Assembly (NCBI RefSeq): GCF_002113885.1
Contig: NW_018404135.1
Span: 76,122-140,121, forward strand
From: Mizuhopecten yessoensis
Taxonomy: Eukaryota
DNA length: 64,000 bases
Direction of reading: 5' to 3'
In this document: one piece after another, positions 24,994 to 35,864 of the stretch
Position numbering within the stretch: position 1 is the first letter of the stretch
How the letters are laid out: every line of letters starts with the position of its first letter
Notes under the pieces: model-generated
What the model was told of the DNA's origin: nothing
Databases searched by the model: none
What the model saw: only the letters and a program-made list of their open reading frames with translations
Program-made: the position numbers and the translations under genes

Positions 24994-27357
24994 GTCAATA
25001 GTTTCATCCCTACCAAAGTTATTACTGTACGCCCAAATGATAAGCCATGGATGAATAACATTATAAGGCTGAAAATGAGACAACGTAATAGAATTCATAG
25101 AAAGGCCAAAGTAACAAATAATCCGCACTACTGGGAAAGATTTCGTATACTCAGGAATGAAACTATTGACTTGATTCGTGAGGCAAAAGCAAATTATATC
25201 CAAAAACTTGAAAATTGTCTTAATGAAAACATGGTCTCCCCAGACAAATGGTGGAAAATTGCAAAATCTATTACTAATTTCTCCAATAAATCCTCTTCTA
25301 TTCCTCCTCTTGAACATGATGACCAATTCATTCACCATCCTCTTGACAAAGCAGAAATCCTTAACAATCACTTTACTAATATCTCTTCGTCATCCCCTGA
25401 CCTTGAATTACCTCAGACAGCACAGCCCTATACTCCATACTCACTAACTAACATTCATATCACTGAACAAGATGTATCTGACCAAATTAATATTCTTAAT
25501 GTAAATAAACCCCCTGGCCCTGATGGTGTAATCCCTAAAGTTGTAAAAAAATTGAGTAACTCTCTTGCATTACCCCTCTGTCTTTTATTTAATAAAACAC
25601 TTGAATCAGGAATATTACCAAATAGATGGAAACAAGCAAATATAAATGCTATATATAAAGGGAAGGGTTCATCAAATGATGTTTTAAATTATAGACCAAT
25701 CTCAATAACCTCATGTTTCAGTAAAATAATGGAAAAAATTGTCTTCAAAAATCTTTACAACTATCTAATAGAAAATTCTATCTTAACTAAGCACCAGTCT
25801 GGCTTTATACCAGGTGATTCTACTGTTAATCAACTACTATTTATTTATAATGAAATTGTTAGCAATATGGACCAGGGGAAGGAGCTCAGATTTATTTTTT
25901 GTGATATTAGCAAAGCTTTTGATAGGGTGTGGCATAAAGGTCTCTTACATAAACTTAAAACGTATGGAATTGATGGAAATTTACTTTTATGGTTTGAAAA
26001 TTATCTCTCTGATAGATTGCAAAGAGTCACCACTGAAGGTTATCACTCACAGTTTAAGGGTATAAATGCAGGGGTACCTCAGGGATCTGTTCTGGGACCT
26101 TTACTATTTCTCCTTTATATTAATGACATCACTGACAATGTTTCAACTAATATTAAGCTTTTTGCAGATGACACCTCCTTATATGTAATTATAGATGAAA
26201 ACCCAGCACATGCAGCACAAGTTCTGACAAATGATCTCTCTAACATTGGTGAATGGGCAGGTATATGGGACATCAAGTTCAACCCTACCAAAACTAAATC
26301 TGTAATATTTTCTAGAAAACATAACAAACATCACCCTCCAATAACTTTCCAAAACAGCCAAATCACTGACTCAACAGCACATACACACTTAGGACTGACT
26401 TTAAAAGATGATGCATCTTGGAATCAACACATTCTGAATATATATGAAAAAGCTTATAGTAGATTAAATATTCTTCGTTACATTAAAACTAAAGTCAATC
26501 GTAAATCATTAATTAAAATTTATATAGCATTTATCAGGCCAATTTTGGAATATGCAGACATAGTATGGGATAATTGCACTCAACAATCTAAAGAACTTCT
26601 AGAATCTATTCAATTAGAAGCAGCCAGAATCATTACTGGACTTCGATCTGGAACATCTCATAATAAACTTTATAATGAACTTGGTTGGGAAACTCTGTCA
26701 ACAAGAAGAAATAAACACAAACACATAATGATGTATAAAATAATGCATGGGCTGTCACCTCAATACTTACAAGATGTCTTAAATCCTTTCATTAACAATC
26801 AAAACAATAATCCCTATTTCCTCAGACAAACAAGACTGTTTAATCCACCAATATGCAGAACTAACAATTATTTTGACAGTTTCCTCCCTCTAATGTGCCG
26901 CACAACTAACACTACTGATAATGATCTCTTAAACTCCCCAACTCTTGCAACCTTTAAACACAAACTAAATAAAGATATTATTATCGATAATGAATCAACC
27001 TTAATTTTTAAAACTGAAGGTGATAGACGGGCCAACATTATTCTTTGTCAACTTAGAAACTTATGTAGCAATTTAAATTTTGATTTATTCAATGACCATT
27101 TAACTGACTGTCCCTCTTGTGCTTGCTCTTTTGAATATGAAACAGTTTTCCATTACTTTCTTGAATGTCCATTGTATAATGATCTCAGACTTACTTTATT
27201 TACTTCTGTTGATAATTATGGAAATCATAACCATATTGATACAAACATTTTTCTACAAGGCTGTCCTGATTGTGATGGACTAACAAACAGACAGTTACTT
27301 AATGATGTACAGTTATTTATTGGTAAATCTAGGCGTTTTAATCTCTATATGATCTAA
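24814..27357 (+). CDS. Chimeric 847-aa ORF: 60 aa of Penelope GIY-YIG fused to a LINE ORF2 reverse transcriptase lacking the APE endonuclease
   Basis: RT motifs KPPGPDG, NYRPIS, QSGF, DISKAFDRV, GVPQGSVLGPLLF, LFADDT, HLG and C-terminal CACx..Hx4C. Residues 1-60 end exactly at the TSD. Expression is unknown. Confidence 0.85.
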   Translation: MPNKTLRNILAHPKDRTPKENVLECVHQIGCKNRDTSYIGATGKRALVNTRKTQKPKSERVNSFIPTKVITVRPNDKPWMNNIIRLKMRQRNRIHRKAKVTNNPHYWERFRILRNETIDLIREAKANYIQKLENCLNENMVSPDKWWKIAKSITNFSNKSSSIPPLEHDDQFIHHPLDKAEILNNHFTNISSSSPDLELPQTAQPYTPYSLTNIHITEQDVSDQINILNVNKPPGPDGVIPKVVKKLSNSLALPLCLLFNKTLESGILPNRWKQANINAIYKGKGSSNDVLNYRPISITSCFSKIMEKIVFKNLYNYLIENSILTKHQSGFIPGDSTVNQLLFIYNEIVSNMDQGKELRFIFCDISKAFDRVWHKGLLHKLKTYGIDGNLLLWFENYLSDRLQRVTTEGYHSQFKGINAGVPQGSVLGPLLFLLYINDITDNVSTNIKLFADDTSLYVIIDENPAHAAQVLTNDLSNIGEWAGIWDIKFNPTKTKSVIFSRKHNKHHPPITFQNSQITDSTAHTHLGLTLKDDASWNQHILNIYEKAYSRLNILRYIKTKVNRKSLIKIYIAFIRPILEYADIVWDNCTQQSKELLESIQLEAARIITGLRSGTSHNKLYNELGWETLSTRRNKHKHIMMYKIMHGLSPQYLQDVLNPFINNQNNNPYFLRQTRLFNPPICRTNNYFDSFLPLMCRTTNTTDNDLLNSPTLATFKHKLNKDIIIDNESTLIFKTEGDRRANIILCQLRNLCSNLNFDLFNDHLTDCPSCACSFEYETVFHYFLECPLYNDLRLTLFTSVDNYGNHNHIDTNIFLQGCPDCDGLTNRQLLNDVQLFIGKSRRFNLYMI

Positions 27358-28003
27358 CCAGCCATGACCTTATACTTTATACTTTTATACTTTACTATTC
27401 CTATTCCAATTATACTCCACAAATAAGTAACTTTACCTACTTTTCTATAAATGTTATTCTTCTACGGACATAGGAGTTTTAAGTTGAGCATGTTTGTTTG
27501 TTGTTGTTTGTTGTAAGATTTGTTCAATCTGTCTTGTTTTACAGTTTCCATCTTATACATTGAATTACACATAGACTAGCTATCTATTTTCATATTTAAC
27601 TACAATACCTTAACAGTTTTGGCGATTGTGACCTGTGCATATATTTGCACATGGACTTTTGGTCAATGTCTGCCAATATCTGTGTAATTTGATAGCTATA
27701 TAGCTTATATACAATTGTAAAATGTTATAAAAATAAATAATACCTGTGGAAGTGTTTCGTGTGTGATGTGAGAAGTGTGAATGTATTTGTATTTCAGTTA
27801 TGTTAATTAAGAAGGAGTTACATCCCTTTATTTTTTTTATTTTTTTTTATAATTTTCATTTCAAAATTGATGTATTAATTAAATCAAATAAAAATAATAG
27901 AATCCGTTTATTTAGCCACCGCTGGAGAGAATTTATATAGGCTTTGCCTGTTATTCCATCCAATTGACTTGTATCAACTTTGTCAATAAAATTTGTTGAA
28001 ATG
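24994..28003 (+). mobile_element. Young 5'-truncated CR1/L2-type LINE (family 1) with 12-bp target-site duplication AAGAGCGAAAGA
   Basis: TSD at 24982-24993 and 28004-28015; uninterrupted RT ORF; 3' UTR of about 650 bp ending AATAAAATTTGTTGAAATG. Confidence 0.96.
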
Positions 28004-28015
28004 AAGAGCGAAAGA

Positions 28016-28530
28016 AGTCACCCGATCAGAAAGGAAGCGGTTTGAGTCCCAAAATCGGCAAAAATAGACCATGCCATACAAAGACAAATCCTGTGACTGA
28101 CTGGGATAACTCCAAGGTATTTGACAGAGGTAGCAATTTGTTCAAGCAGCAGATAAAGGCATACATCTGGATACCCTTAATAGGGCTAGTTCTGAATCGA
28201 GATGAGAATGCTCATAGACTCTCGCACATCTATGACCAAGTATCAAACAAAGCGGAGCTGTATCGAGTCATTTCGGTACATATATAACAACTATTGTACA
28301 AACGCTTACAGCGTAGCCGAATCGACATCGATTTGTGGACAATTCGTACACATTTTACACCTTTGTGTGCATACGCTTCACTGATCATTTGTCTGATGAA
28401 GGTGGCAGTGTACATACGCTTCACTGATCATTTGTCTGATGAAGGTGGCAGGGTACATACCGTCCTAGTCATCCAAACGTCACATAGAAAAACTTATTGG
28501 TTGTGTTTCATGAACCGTTTCGTTTCCATA
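28016..28530 (+). mobile_element. Penelope-like element fragment, 3' part: second half of GIY-YIG plus terminal (pLTR) region
   Basis: ORF 28042-28287 DWDNSKVFDR..KQQIKAYIWI..LNRDENAHRLSHIYDQ matches the IDWxxxKxLDxExxxxxRxIKEAIWI..NRDEGxYxLSxxYD pattern; followed by a CTGATGA...AAACGTC motif. Confidence 0.88.
28433..28484 (+). ncRNA. Degenerate minimal type I hammerhead ribozyme of the Penelope pLTR
   Basis: TGT-CTGATGA-A-GGTGGC...GTCATC-CAAA-CG-TC-ACA: stem I TGT/ACA, core CUGAUGA, stem II GGTGGC/GTCATC with G-U pairs; the GAAA box reads CAAA. Confidence 0.6.
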
Positions 28531-28649
28531 CTTACCAACCTGAAGATTTTTTTTTTAAATAAAGAAAAAAAAAGTAAAGAACTTGTCCATTAATTTCAAT
28601 ACCACTTAAACGATTCAAACAATAAGCTTTAAAACAATTAAAACCAGAT

Positions 28650-29734
28650 CTGAACATAGTCAGGGCCCGAGGTGACCACCTAAGCTGAACATAGTCAGGG
28701 CCCGAGGTGGCCACCCAAGCTGAACATAGTCAGGGCCCGAGATGGCCACCTAAGCCGAACATAGTCAGGTCCCGAGGTGCCCACCTAAGCTGAACATAGT
28801 CAGGGCCCGAGATGGACACCTAAGCTAAACATGGTCAGGGCCCGAGATGGCCACCTAAGCCGAACATAGTCAGGGCCCGAGGTGACCACCTAAGCTTAAC
28901 ATAGTCAGGGCCCGATATGGCCACCTAAGCTGAACATAGTCAGGGCCCGAGATGACCACCTAAGCTAAACATGGTCAGGGCCCGAGATGGCCACCTAAGC
29001 CGAACATAGTCAGGTCCCGAGGTGCCCACCTAAGCTGAACATAGTCAGGGCCCGAGGTGGCCACCCAAGCTGAACATAGTCAGGGCCCGAGATGGCCACT
29101 TAAGCTGAACATAGTCAGGGCCCGAGATGGCCACCTATAATCTGAACATAGTCAGGGCCCGAGGTGACCACCTAAGCTTAACATAGTCAGGGCCCCAGAT
29201 GGCCACCTAAGCTGAACATAGTCAGGGCCCGAGATGGCCACCTAAGCTAAACATGGTCAGGGCCCGAGATGGCAACCTAAGCTGAACATGGTCAGGGCCC
29301 GAGGTGACCACCTAAGCTGAACATAGTCAGGGCCCGAGATGGCCACCTAAGCTGACAATAGTCAGGGCTCGAGATGGCCACCTAAGCTGAACATAGTAAG
29401 GGTCCGAGGTGGCCACCCAAGCTGAACATAGTCGGGGCCCGAGATGGCCACCTAAGCTGAACATGGTCAGGGCCCGAGGTGACCACCTAAGCTGAACATG
29501 GTCAGGGCCCGAGATGGCCACCTAAGCTGACAATAGTCAGGGCTCGAGATGGCCACCTAAGCTGAACATAGTCAGGGCCCGAGGTGGCCACCCAAGCTGA
29601 ACATAGTCAGGGCCCGAGATGGCCACCTAAGCTGAACATAATCAGGGCCCGAGATGGCAACCCAAGCTGAACATAGTCAGGGCCCGAGATGGCCACCTAA
29701 GCTAAAGATAGTGTGGGCCCGAGATGACCACCCA
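28650..29734. repeat. 35-bp minisatellite array F (GCTGAACATAGTCAGGGCCCGAGATGGCCACCTAA), about 31 copies
   Basis: Unit read directly. Confidence 0.98.
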
Positions 29735-30197
29735 ATTAGTCGAGCACACATATCCTGCTGTTATTGGATGGATTCACTAAACAGTTGTAGCTGTTTCCGT
29801 ATGAAGTTACCTTCCAAGTCGAGATAAAGGCAAACATTGCGTCCCCTTTATTTGACAATAGACCCATCTCATACAGAACACGACGAAGCTACCTATCCCT
29901 GGTCTGTTACAATGTATCTGGGTGAAAAATGGTAGTCAGCGCATAGAGATCGATTCATGCATGCATCCAGTTTTAATTGTTGCATTTCTTCGGCAATAAT
30001 GTATACATTTTCATGTAAATATACCTGATATTGTAGGGATTTCCAGGATTGGGGACGCCCTTTGAGCTTCTGCTTGTATTTTTCTATGATATGACCAAAC
30101 ATTACATACTTATAGGAACGATCTTACCATAGAATAATATTAATATCTATAACTATTAATACTTCATGCGTTTTAACATCATTTTATTAACTTGCTT

Positions 30198-30352
30198 TAG
30201 TGGCGCAATGGATAGTGCACTCGCCTTTCACCAAATCAGCCGGGGTTCGATTTTCCCGATCGGACGTGAAAAATGATGGGGTCACCTGTCTGAACACGTG
30301 GGTACTCTCCGGGTATTACGGTTTCCTTACACATTAAAACCTTCTATGCGCT
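30198..30352 (+). mobile_element. tRNA-derived SINE with V-domain (V-SINE / RUDI-like), diverged copy
   Basis: Box A TGGCGCAATGG (30201), box B GGTTCGATT (30244), then GTGGGTACTCTCCGGGTATTACGGTTTCCTTACACA, matching the V-domain core. Confidence 0.82.
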
Positions 30353-30858
30353 TTTGTTATCGAGACTAAAGTGATTATAAATTGTAAAAACTGTTTCGTA
30401 TATATAGAAACGAAAATCAGTACGAACCCATTTTTAACAGTGCTATGTGCACGCAATAGCAGTGTGATCTCCAAAATGATGATAGATACTCATTCTGTTA
30501 AATTATTCACAAATAGCGATATCCATATGGATTATATAGAGTATCAATTAAAACGCTATATTATCTCTTTATAAAGTCAATCAAAAGAGCCCGTGATCGT
30601 AGGACGTGATATTGATATCGGCTACTCGGTCAAAAGGTTTGGTGAGATGTCTGATGAAACTCTTAATGTGTTCGTTTTAAAATAAACCATTAGGCAATAT
30701 TTTTCCATAGGATTTTTATGAAGAATATCACAAACGAAAATACTTTCTTGGTGTTTGTTTTTAATAGATATAAATATAAACTTTATTTGTTTTACAACAA
30801 TTATGAAACAAGTTATTTCAACTTATGTCTCATCACTCTTGTTGGCCCGGTTGTTAGC

Positions 30859-31010
30859 GTGTGGGGGTCTTATTGTGAGAGGAAACCGGAGTACCCGGAG
30901 AAAACCCACCAAGTCGGGCAGGTGACCCCAACCTTTTCACGTCCGATCGGGGAATCGAACTCCGGCCGCGTTGGTGAAAGGCAAGTGCGCTATCCACTGC
31001 ACCACCCGAC
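30859..31010 (-). mobile_element. tRNA-derived V-SINE, better preserved copy of the same family
   Basis: Reverse complement reads GGTGGTGCAGTGGATAGCG...GAGTTCGATTCCCCGATCGGACGTGAAAAGG...GTGGGTTTTCTCCGGGTACTCCGGTTTCCTCTCACA. Confidence 0.88.
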
Positions 31011-31287
31011 AACCCTTACTAGTTTATACTCTGACTATTATCAACACATACTCTAGATGCAACACTATAACACTAACATGACACTTTAATTCGCTGAATT
31101 GGATGATGTTATACCATACGAAGCATTACATATATTAATATTTACCATATAATAGCGTCTGTTTGAAGTCTGTTCACCATCGTTACTCAAACCGGAAATC
31201 AGATTGTAATACAATAATAATTAGAATAGAGTACGGACAAGAATGTCCGGAAGTTTATTTTTTTATAACAAAAATGTGTGTTTTTAG

Positions 31288-32530
31288 TTTTCAACAATTT
31301 TTATTGTTTAAAAAACAAATGAATTGGACAACAGGCAAGCCTATATAAGTCCTCTCAAATAGATACCACGTATATACAAGAAATAGATTTTAACATGAAA
31401 GCATTGATATCATTAAACAATATTCAGAGAGTAGGATGATTACTTTGTGTAATGTATAATATTTGAATATGTAAACATCTACTCAAGCTTATACATACTT
31501 GCATACCCACATGCCTACATGTCATACATACCCTCACACATACCCTCACACATACAACACATCAATATACGATGTGTACTCAGTCGAAGTAAGTAAGTAA
31601 TCTACATTATTACAAAATTACTACATATATATGTCATAGTGATATATATAATATCCAGACTGTACAATAATAGAGGTCTTCAGGAAATTTTAATCATTCA
31701 ATTATTATATTATAATCTCTTAAATCGTTCAGTACCATTTATATAGTATTGGACATTAGTTAAAATAAGTTCATTAATATCCTTCGACAGGGTATTATCA
31801 CCAGAAGTTAACAGAGTTGAATTGGAATAACCAATACGGTCATGAATTAAATACCTAGAATTAGAGTAATTAGGACAAGTAAAAAAATAATGATTAGTAT
31901 TATCATCAGGTGAACCACAGGCACATACTGGATCTGGGATAAGGTGATCTATACATTTATCATGATTCAAGTCATTTGCCTCATTTCTTAATTGGTACAA
32001 AATAATATTTAATTTTCGTGGGCTACAATTTTTGAAAGTATCAGAAATAGCTTCAATAGGATTAGCTATAGAATTTTTAAGATTCCTTTTGAAGGAACTT
32101 AGACTAACTGACCCGGTCAGCGAAGGATCAAGACTATTCCATGCCTGCAAGGTACTTGGAAAGAAGCTTGTCTTATAAATATTAGTTCTTGACCTTAGGA
32201 TATTGAAAAATCTGTGGTGACGCAGATAATGAATATTTTACTGATGATTAATGAATGGTTCGATGATATTAAACAAATAATCAGGGGTTAAATGATTTAT
32301 AATTTTATACATTAAAATTAATTTGTGCTTATGTTAAACCAGTTATAATCTTCATTGCATCAATCTGTACAGATTCTATTAAATTTGATTCACCAATAGT
32401 GCAATTGTCCCAAATGGAATCTGAATATTTCAAAACTGGTACAACAAATGAATAGTATAATGTTTCAAGAGTTTTCCTATCCACTTTATGTTTCAACATA
32501 CGTACCAAATTCAGACGTTTACGTGCTAAA
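31288..32530 (-). mobile_element. 5'-truncated, internally deleted CR1/L2-type LINE (family 3)
   Basis: ORF 31710-32150 (WNSLD..SFK..QLRN..DHL..CACG..HYFFTCPNY) is homologous to the other LINE C-termini; 3' end carries the stem-loop and AATAAAAATTGTTGAAA. Confidence 0.9.
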
Positions 32531-33189
32531 TTGTTAATATATATATAATTTAGACGAATACTGATACGTGATCAAATATTTTGACAGTATGTAAATTATT
32601 TAAAGGCGATTCTAGACGCCCATGTACATTGTATCTATATATATATATGTTTATGTCATAAAATTTGAAAAATATAATAAATAAAAAAAAATATAAAAAA
32701 AGACAATGATTTTCCGTTTCGTATTACATAAATTTGAAATACTGCTTGCTACTAGCAGGGGTACCATTGCTATTGACTGTATACTTTGATCACATTGGTA
32801 TATAGGTGACACCATACACAATTGTAATATGTTTGGGAAAAAATAAGCAAAACTGAAACCGTTTATCAGACCTTTAGCTGTATTTCATCTAATCGTGTTT
32901 TTTATAGTCCATTTAAAACGCCGCACAATACTAGTGGCACATGGAAAGCTTCCAAATATTACTATGATTCATACAAATACATAAATACAGACAGTACAAT
33001 TAGACATAATTAAACAAGATCGGCGAGGCGAGTCTGGTGTATAAATCTGAACACTTATGGCCTATCTCCTATATACAACCGCTGAGCGATGGACGCGCCT
33101 TTTTACTTTATGTTATCAGAATAGACGCCTAATGCCAAAGCCCGTGGCCAAAATCCATTATTTTTATGAGAAATATACGTTGTAAAGTT

Positions 33190-33552
33190 CGGCTTTGGAT
33201 TGTAGTCTTCAGGCGAGGTCAGATAGCAGTTTGGCTTTGGAGTGTAGTCTTCAGGCGAGGTCAGTAAGCAGTTTGGCTTTAGATTGTAGTCTTCAGGCGA
33301 GGTCAGATAGCAGTTTTGCTTTGGAGTGTAGTCTTCAGGCGAGGTCAGATAGCAGTTTGGCTTTGGATTGTAGTCTTCAGGCGAGGTCAGAGAGTAGTTT
33401 GGCTTTGGAGTGTAGTCTTCAGGCGAGGCCAGTTAGCAGTTTGGCTTTGGAGTGTAGTCTTCAGGCGAGGTCAGATAGTACATGTAGTTTGGCTTTGGAG
33501 TGTAGTCTTCAGGCGAGGTCAGATAGCAGTTTGGCTTTGGATTGTAGTCTTA
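33190..33552. repeat. 42-bp minisatellite G (GGCTTTGGAGTGTAGTCTTCAGGCGAGGTCAGATAGCAGTTT), about 8.5 copies
   Basis: 14-aa periodic ORF ECSLQARSDSSLAL. Confidence 0.96.
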
Positions 33553-33607
33553 GGCTTCAAGTATTCATTGAGGTTTGATTTTAAATGTTTATAGTGGTAT
33601 ACGACTG

Positions 33608-33977
33608 TTAGTTCTACACAGTGTTATGTAAAGTGTTTCGCTATTTATTGTCTTACGTCAGATTCCCCGACATGTTTGTTGATAGTTCTATACAGTATTC
33701 TGTACAGTGTTTCGCTAGTTATTACCTTACGTCAGATTCCTCGACATGTTTGTTGATTGTTCTACACAGTATTCTGTACAGTGTTTCGCTAGTTGTTACC
33801 TTACGTCAGATTCCTCGACATGTTTGTTGAGAGTTCTATACAGTATTCTGTAGTGTTTCGGTGGTTATTACCTTACATCAGATTCCTCGACATGTTTGTT
33901 GATAGTTCTACACAGTATTCTGTACAGTGTTTCGGCAGTTATTGCCTTACATCAGATTCCTCGACATGTTTTTGATA
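33608..33977. repeat. 74-bp tandem repeat H, about 5 copies
   Basis: GTTCTA recurs at 33685 and 33759; unit contains CCTTACGTCAGATTCCTCGACATGTTTGTTGA. Confidence 0.95.
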
Positions 33978-34907
33978 TACCTTGCTGGACTGCTATAATG
34001 AAGACGGTTGATATGTGGACGATTATTGTGATGACAAAAACACTTTTGTCATTTAAATCCTTTCTTTGATCCAATTAGCTATCAATTTTGTTTTTATTTA
34101 TTGTTTTTATCGCCAAAAGAAACGATTTTCTGTTTAAATGTTTTCAACCAGCTACTGTCGATAAACAAAATAAAAGCAGGTTTAACAATCCTGCACCAAA
34201 ACAACTAATAACACCTCCACTTTCGTCCGCTTATCTAATCGAACAAGTAAGTCGAATCGTTCTTTCTGATAAGTTTTAAAAAAATCCAGGTTATATGTGC
34301 ACGAGCTCTTGTTAATATAGAATACATTGCTAGACGACTTGCAGTACATGTGCATTAAAGTCATACAGAAGAATGAATTGAAAATTGAAAGCATTTGGTG
34401 ATCTTCCCAATCTTTGATTTGAAGAAGACAAAATGAGGAGTGATCTCTTCAAACGAAACAACGCTTAAACGTTTTTCTTCCGAATGTACGTTAGAGTTGC
34501 TTATATAACATGTTAGTAATTGTTTGAAAACTTAAACTGGATCCATTGACTTAGAGGTGTTCTCTACCTTCTACACTTTTGACAATTATAGATAGTTTTC
34601 TATTACATTCTTTGCCCTAGCCACCAGCTGCACCAAATACACATCAGCAACGATGATAACTTTGAGTTCAGAGAGCTTGGGAATGATGCAAGTGTGAAAT
34701 CTTCAGAGAGATATATCTTGTTTCCCAAATATCTTCTCTGATAGGGCCCAAAGACTAAGGTTGAGTAGTAGAAATCAAAGTGTAGACTTCGGTAGCACTG
34801 AAGACGACATCATCATTTCTAGGACAAGCTTTTCTTTGATGGCTTGTTGTACCTGTTCGGCCTACACGAAGAAGAAACACTTGCCTTTAATGGAATATTA
34901 CCCTACA

Positions 34908-35290
34908 CGTAACCTTGAACTGGATTGACAATACATTGTTTTTGCGTGAATGCATGTCATCATAGGACAAACTTAATAGCTAATGGCTTCTAACTATACT
35001 TTATTACCCAAACTAGATCAATATAGCAAAGGTGTTGTTAAACACATTTAGGTTGTTTACAATGACTGACCTGATCACGATAAAATGTGTTTACTTTCGT
35101 CAATTCCTGTCCACCATCACATTATTTTACGACATCCAAACCGAATGGCGTGGGTAACGATTGCATCTTTCTATTACAACAGACAAGGAAACATTTATCA
35201 GTAGTCAGCTTTACTACAATTATCGACATCCTCATCACTAGAGTAGACTGTGATTGTAACGTACACATATTTCTTTTGTGTTTGTATCCT
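34908..35290. repeat. Unclassified interspersed repeat, copy 1 (copy 2 at about 38918-39270)
   Basis: Shared blocks CTTGAxCTGGATTGACAATA, TTGTTTACAATGxCTGACCT, TTTTACGACATCCAAACC..AATGGCGTG, TTACAACAGACAAGGA in the same order and orientation. Confidence 0.8.
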
Positions 35291-35864
35291 CACAAAATAA
35301 GTCCGGCGATGCCTGCGGTCATTACAACACTGTCCGGTAATATCTGTCGCAGTCATTAGACTACACGACCAGGCAATGGAATTGTAACCTGATTATGGTC
35401 GAGGGTATATTAAATGAGTCGGTAATGGTATATTTGATATCACCTGATGAGGTCAGCATCACATCATGTGAAAATCATGATTGTCAAAGCGTTTTACGAT
35501 ACTAAACACTATGGATATTTTCAAAAAGAGCTAAGGTGTCACTTACCCGATTGTCTGGTCAACCTTCATCGCGTCTGAACAGAACCGTATCAAGTATGGT
35601 GAAATATAAACCCTGATGTTACGTGTTTAACATCACACGTGTCATTATGTTTTTGTGTACTTCGGTTGATTTCCTCTCTGAACTATCTGCTTTTTTTCCT
35701 CTTGTTATTACGTTCATGTTTGTTTTTGGCATCAAGACTGATCCTGTAGTTATTCCCATCCTATCAAAGTAAAAGAGTAATAGGATTTGTATTATAACAA
35801 GTCAGAGAGTCACTTGTTCTTATGCTTACCAAGATCAAAACTCTTGACAACAAGTGTAAAGGTC

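Noticed and set aside
30198-30265. Functional tRNA gene
   Set aside because: Boxes A and B are present but no proper acceptor stem was seen; it runs into a V-domain and has a second dispersed copy, so it is a SINE head.
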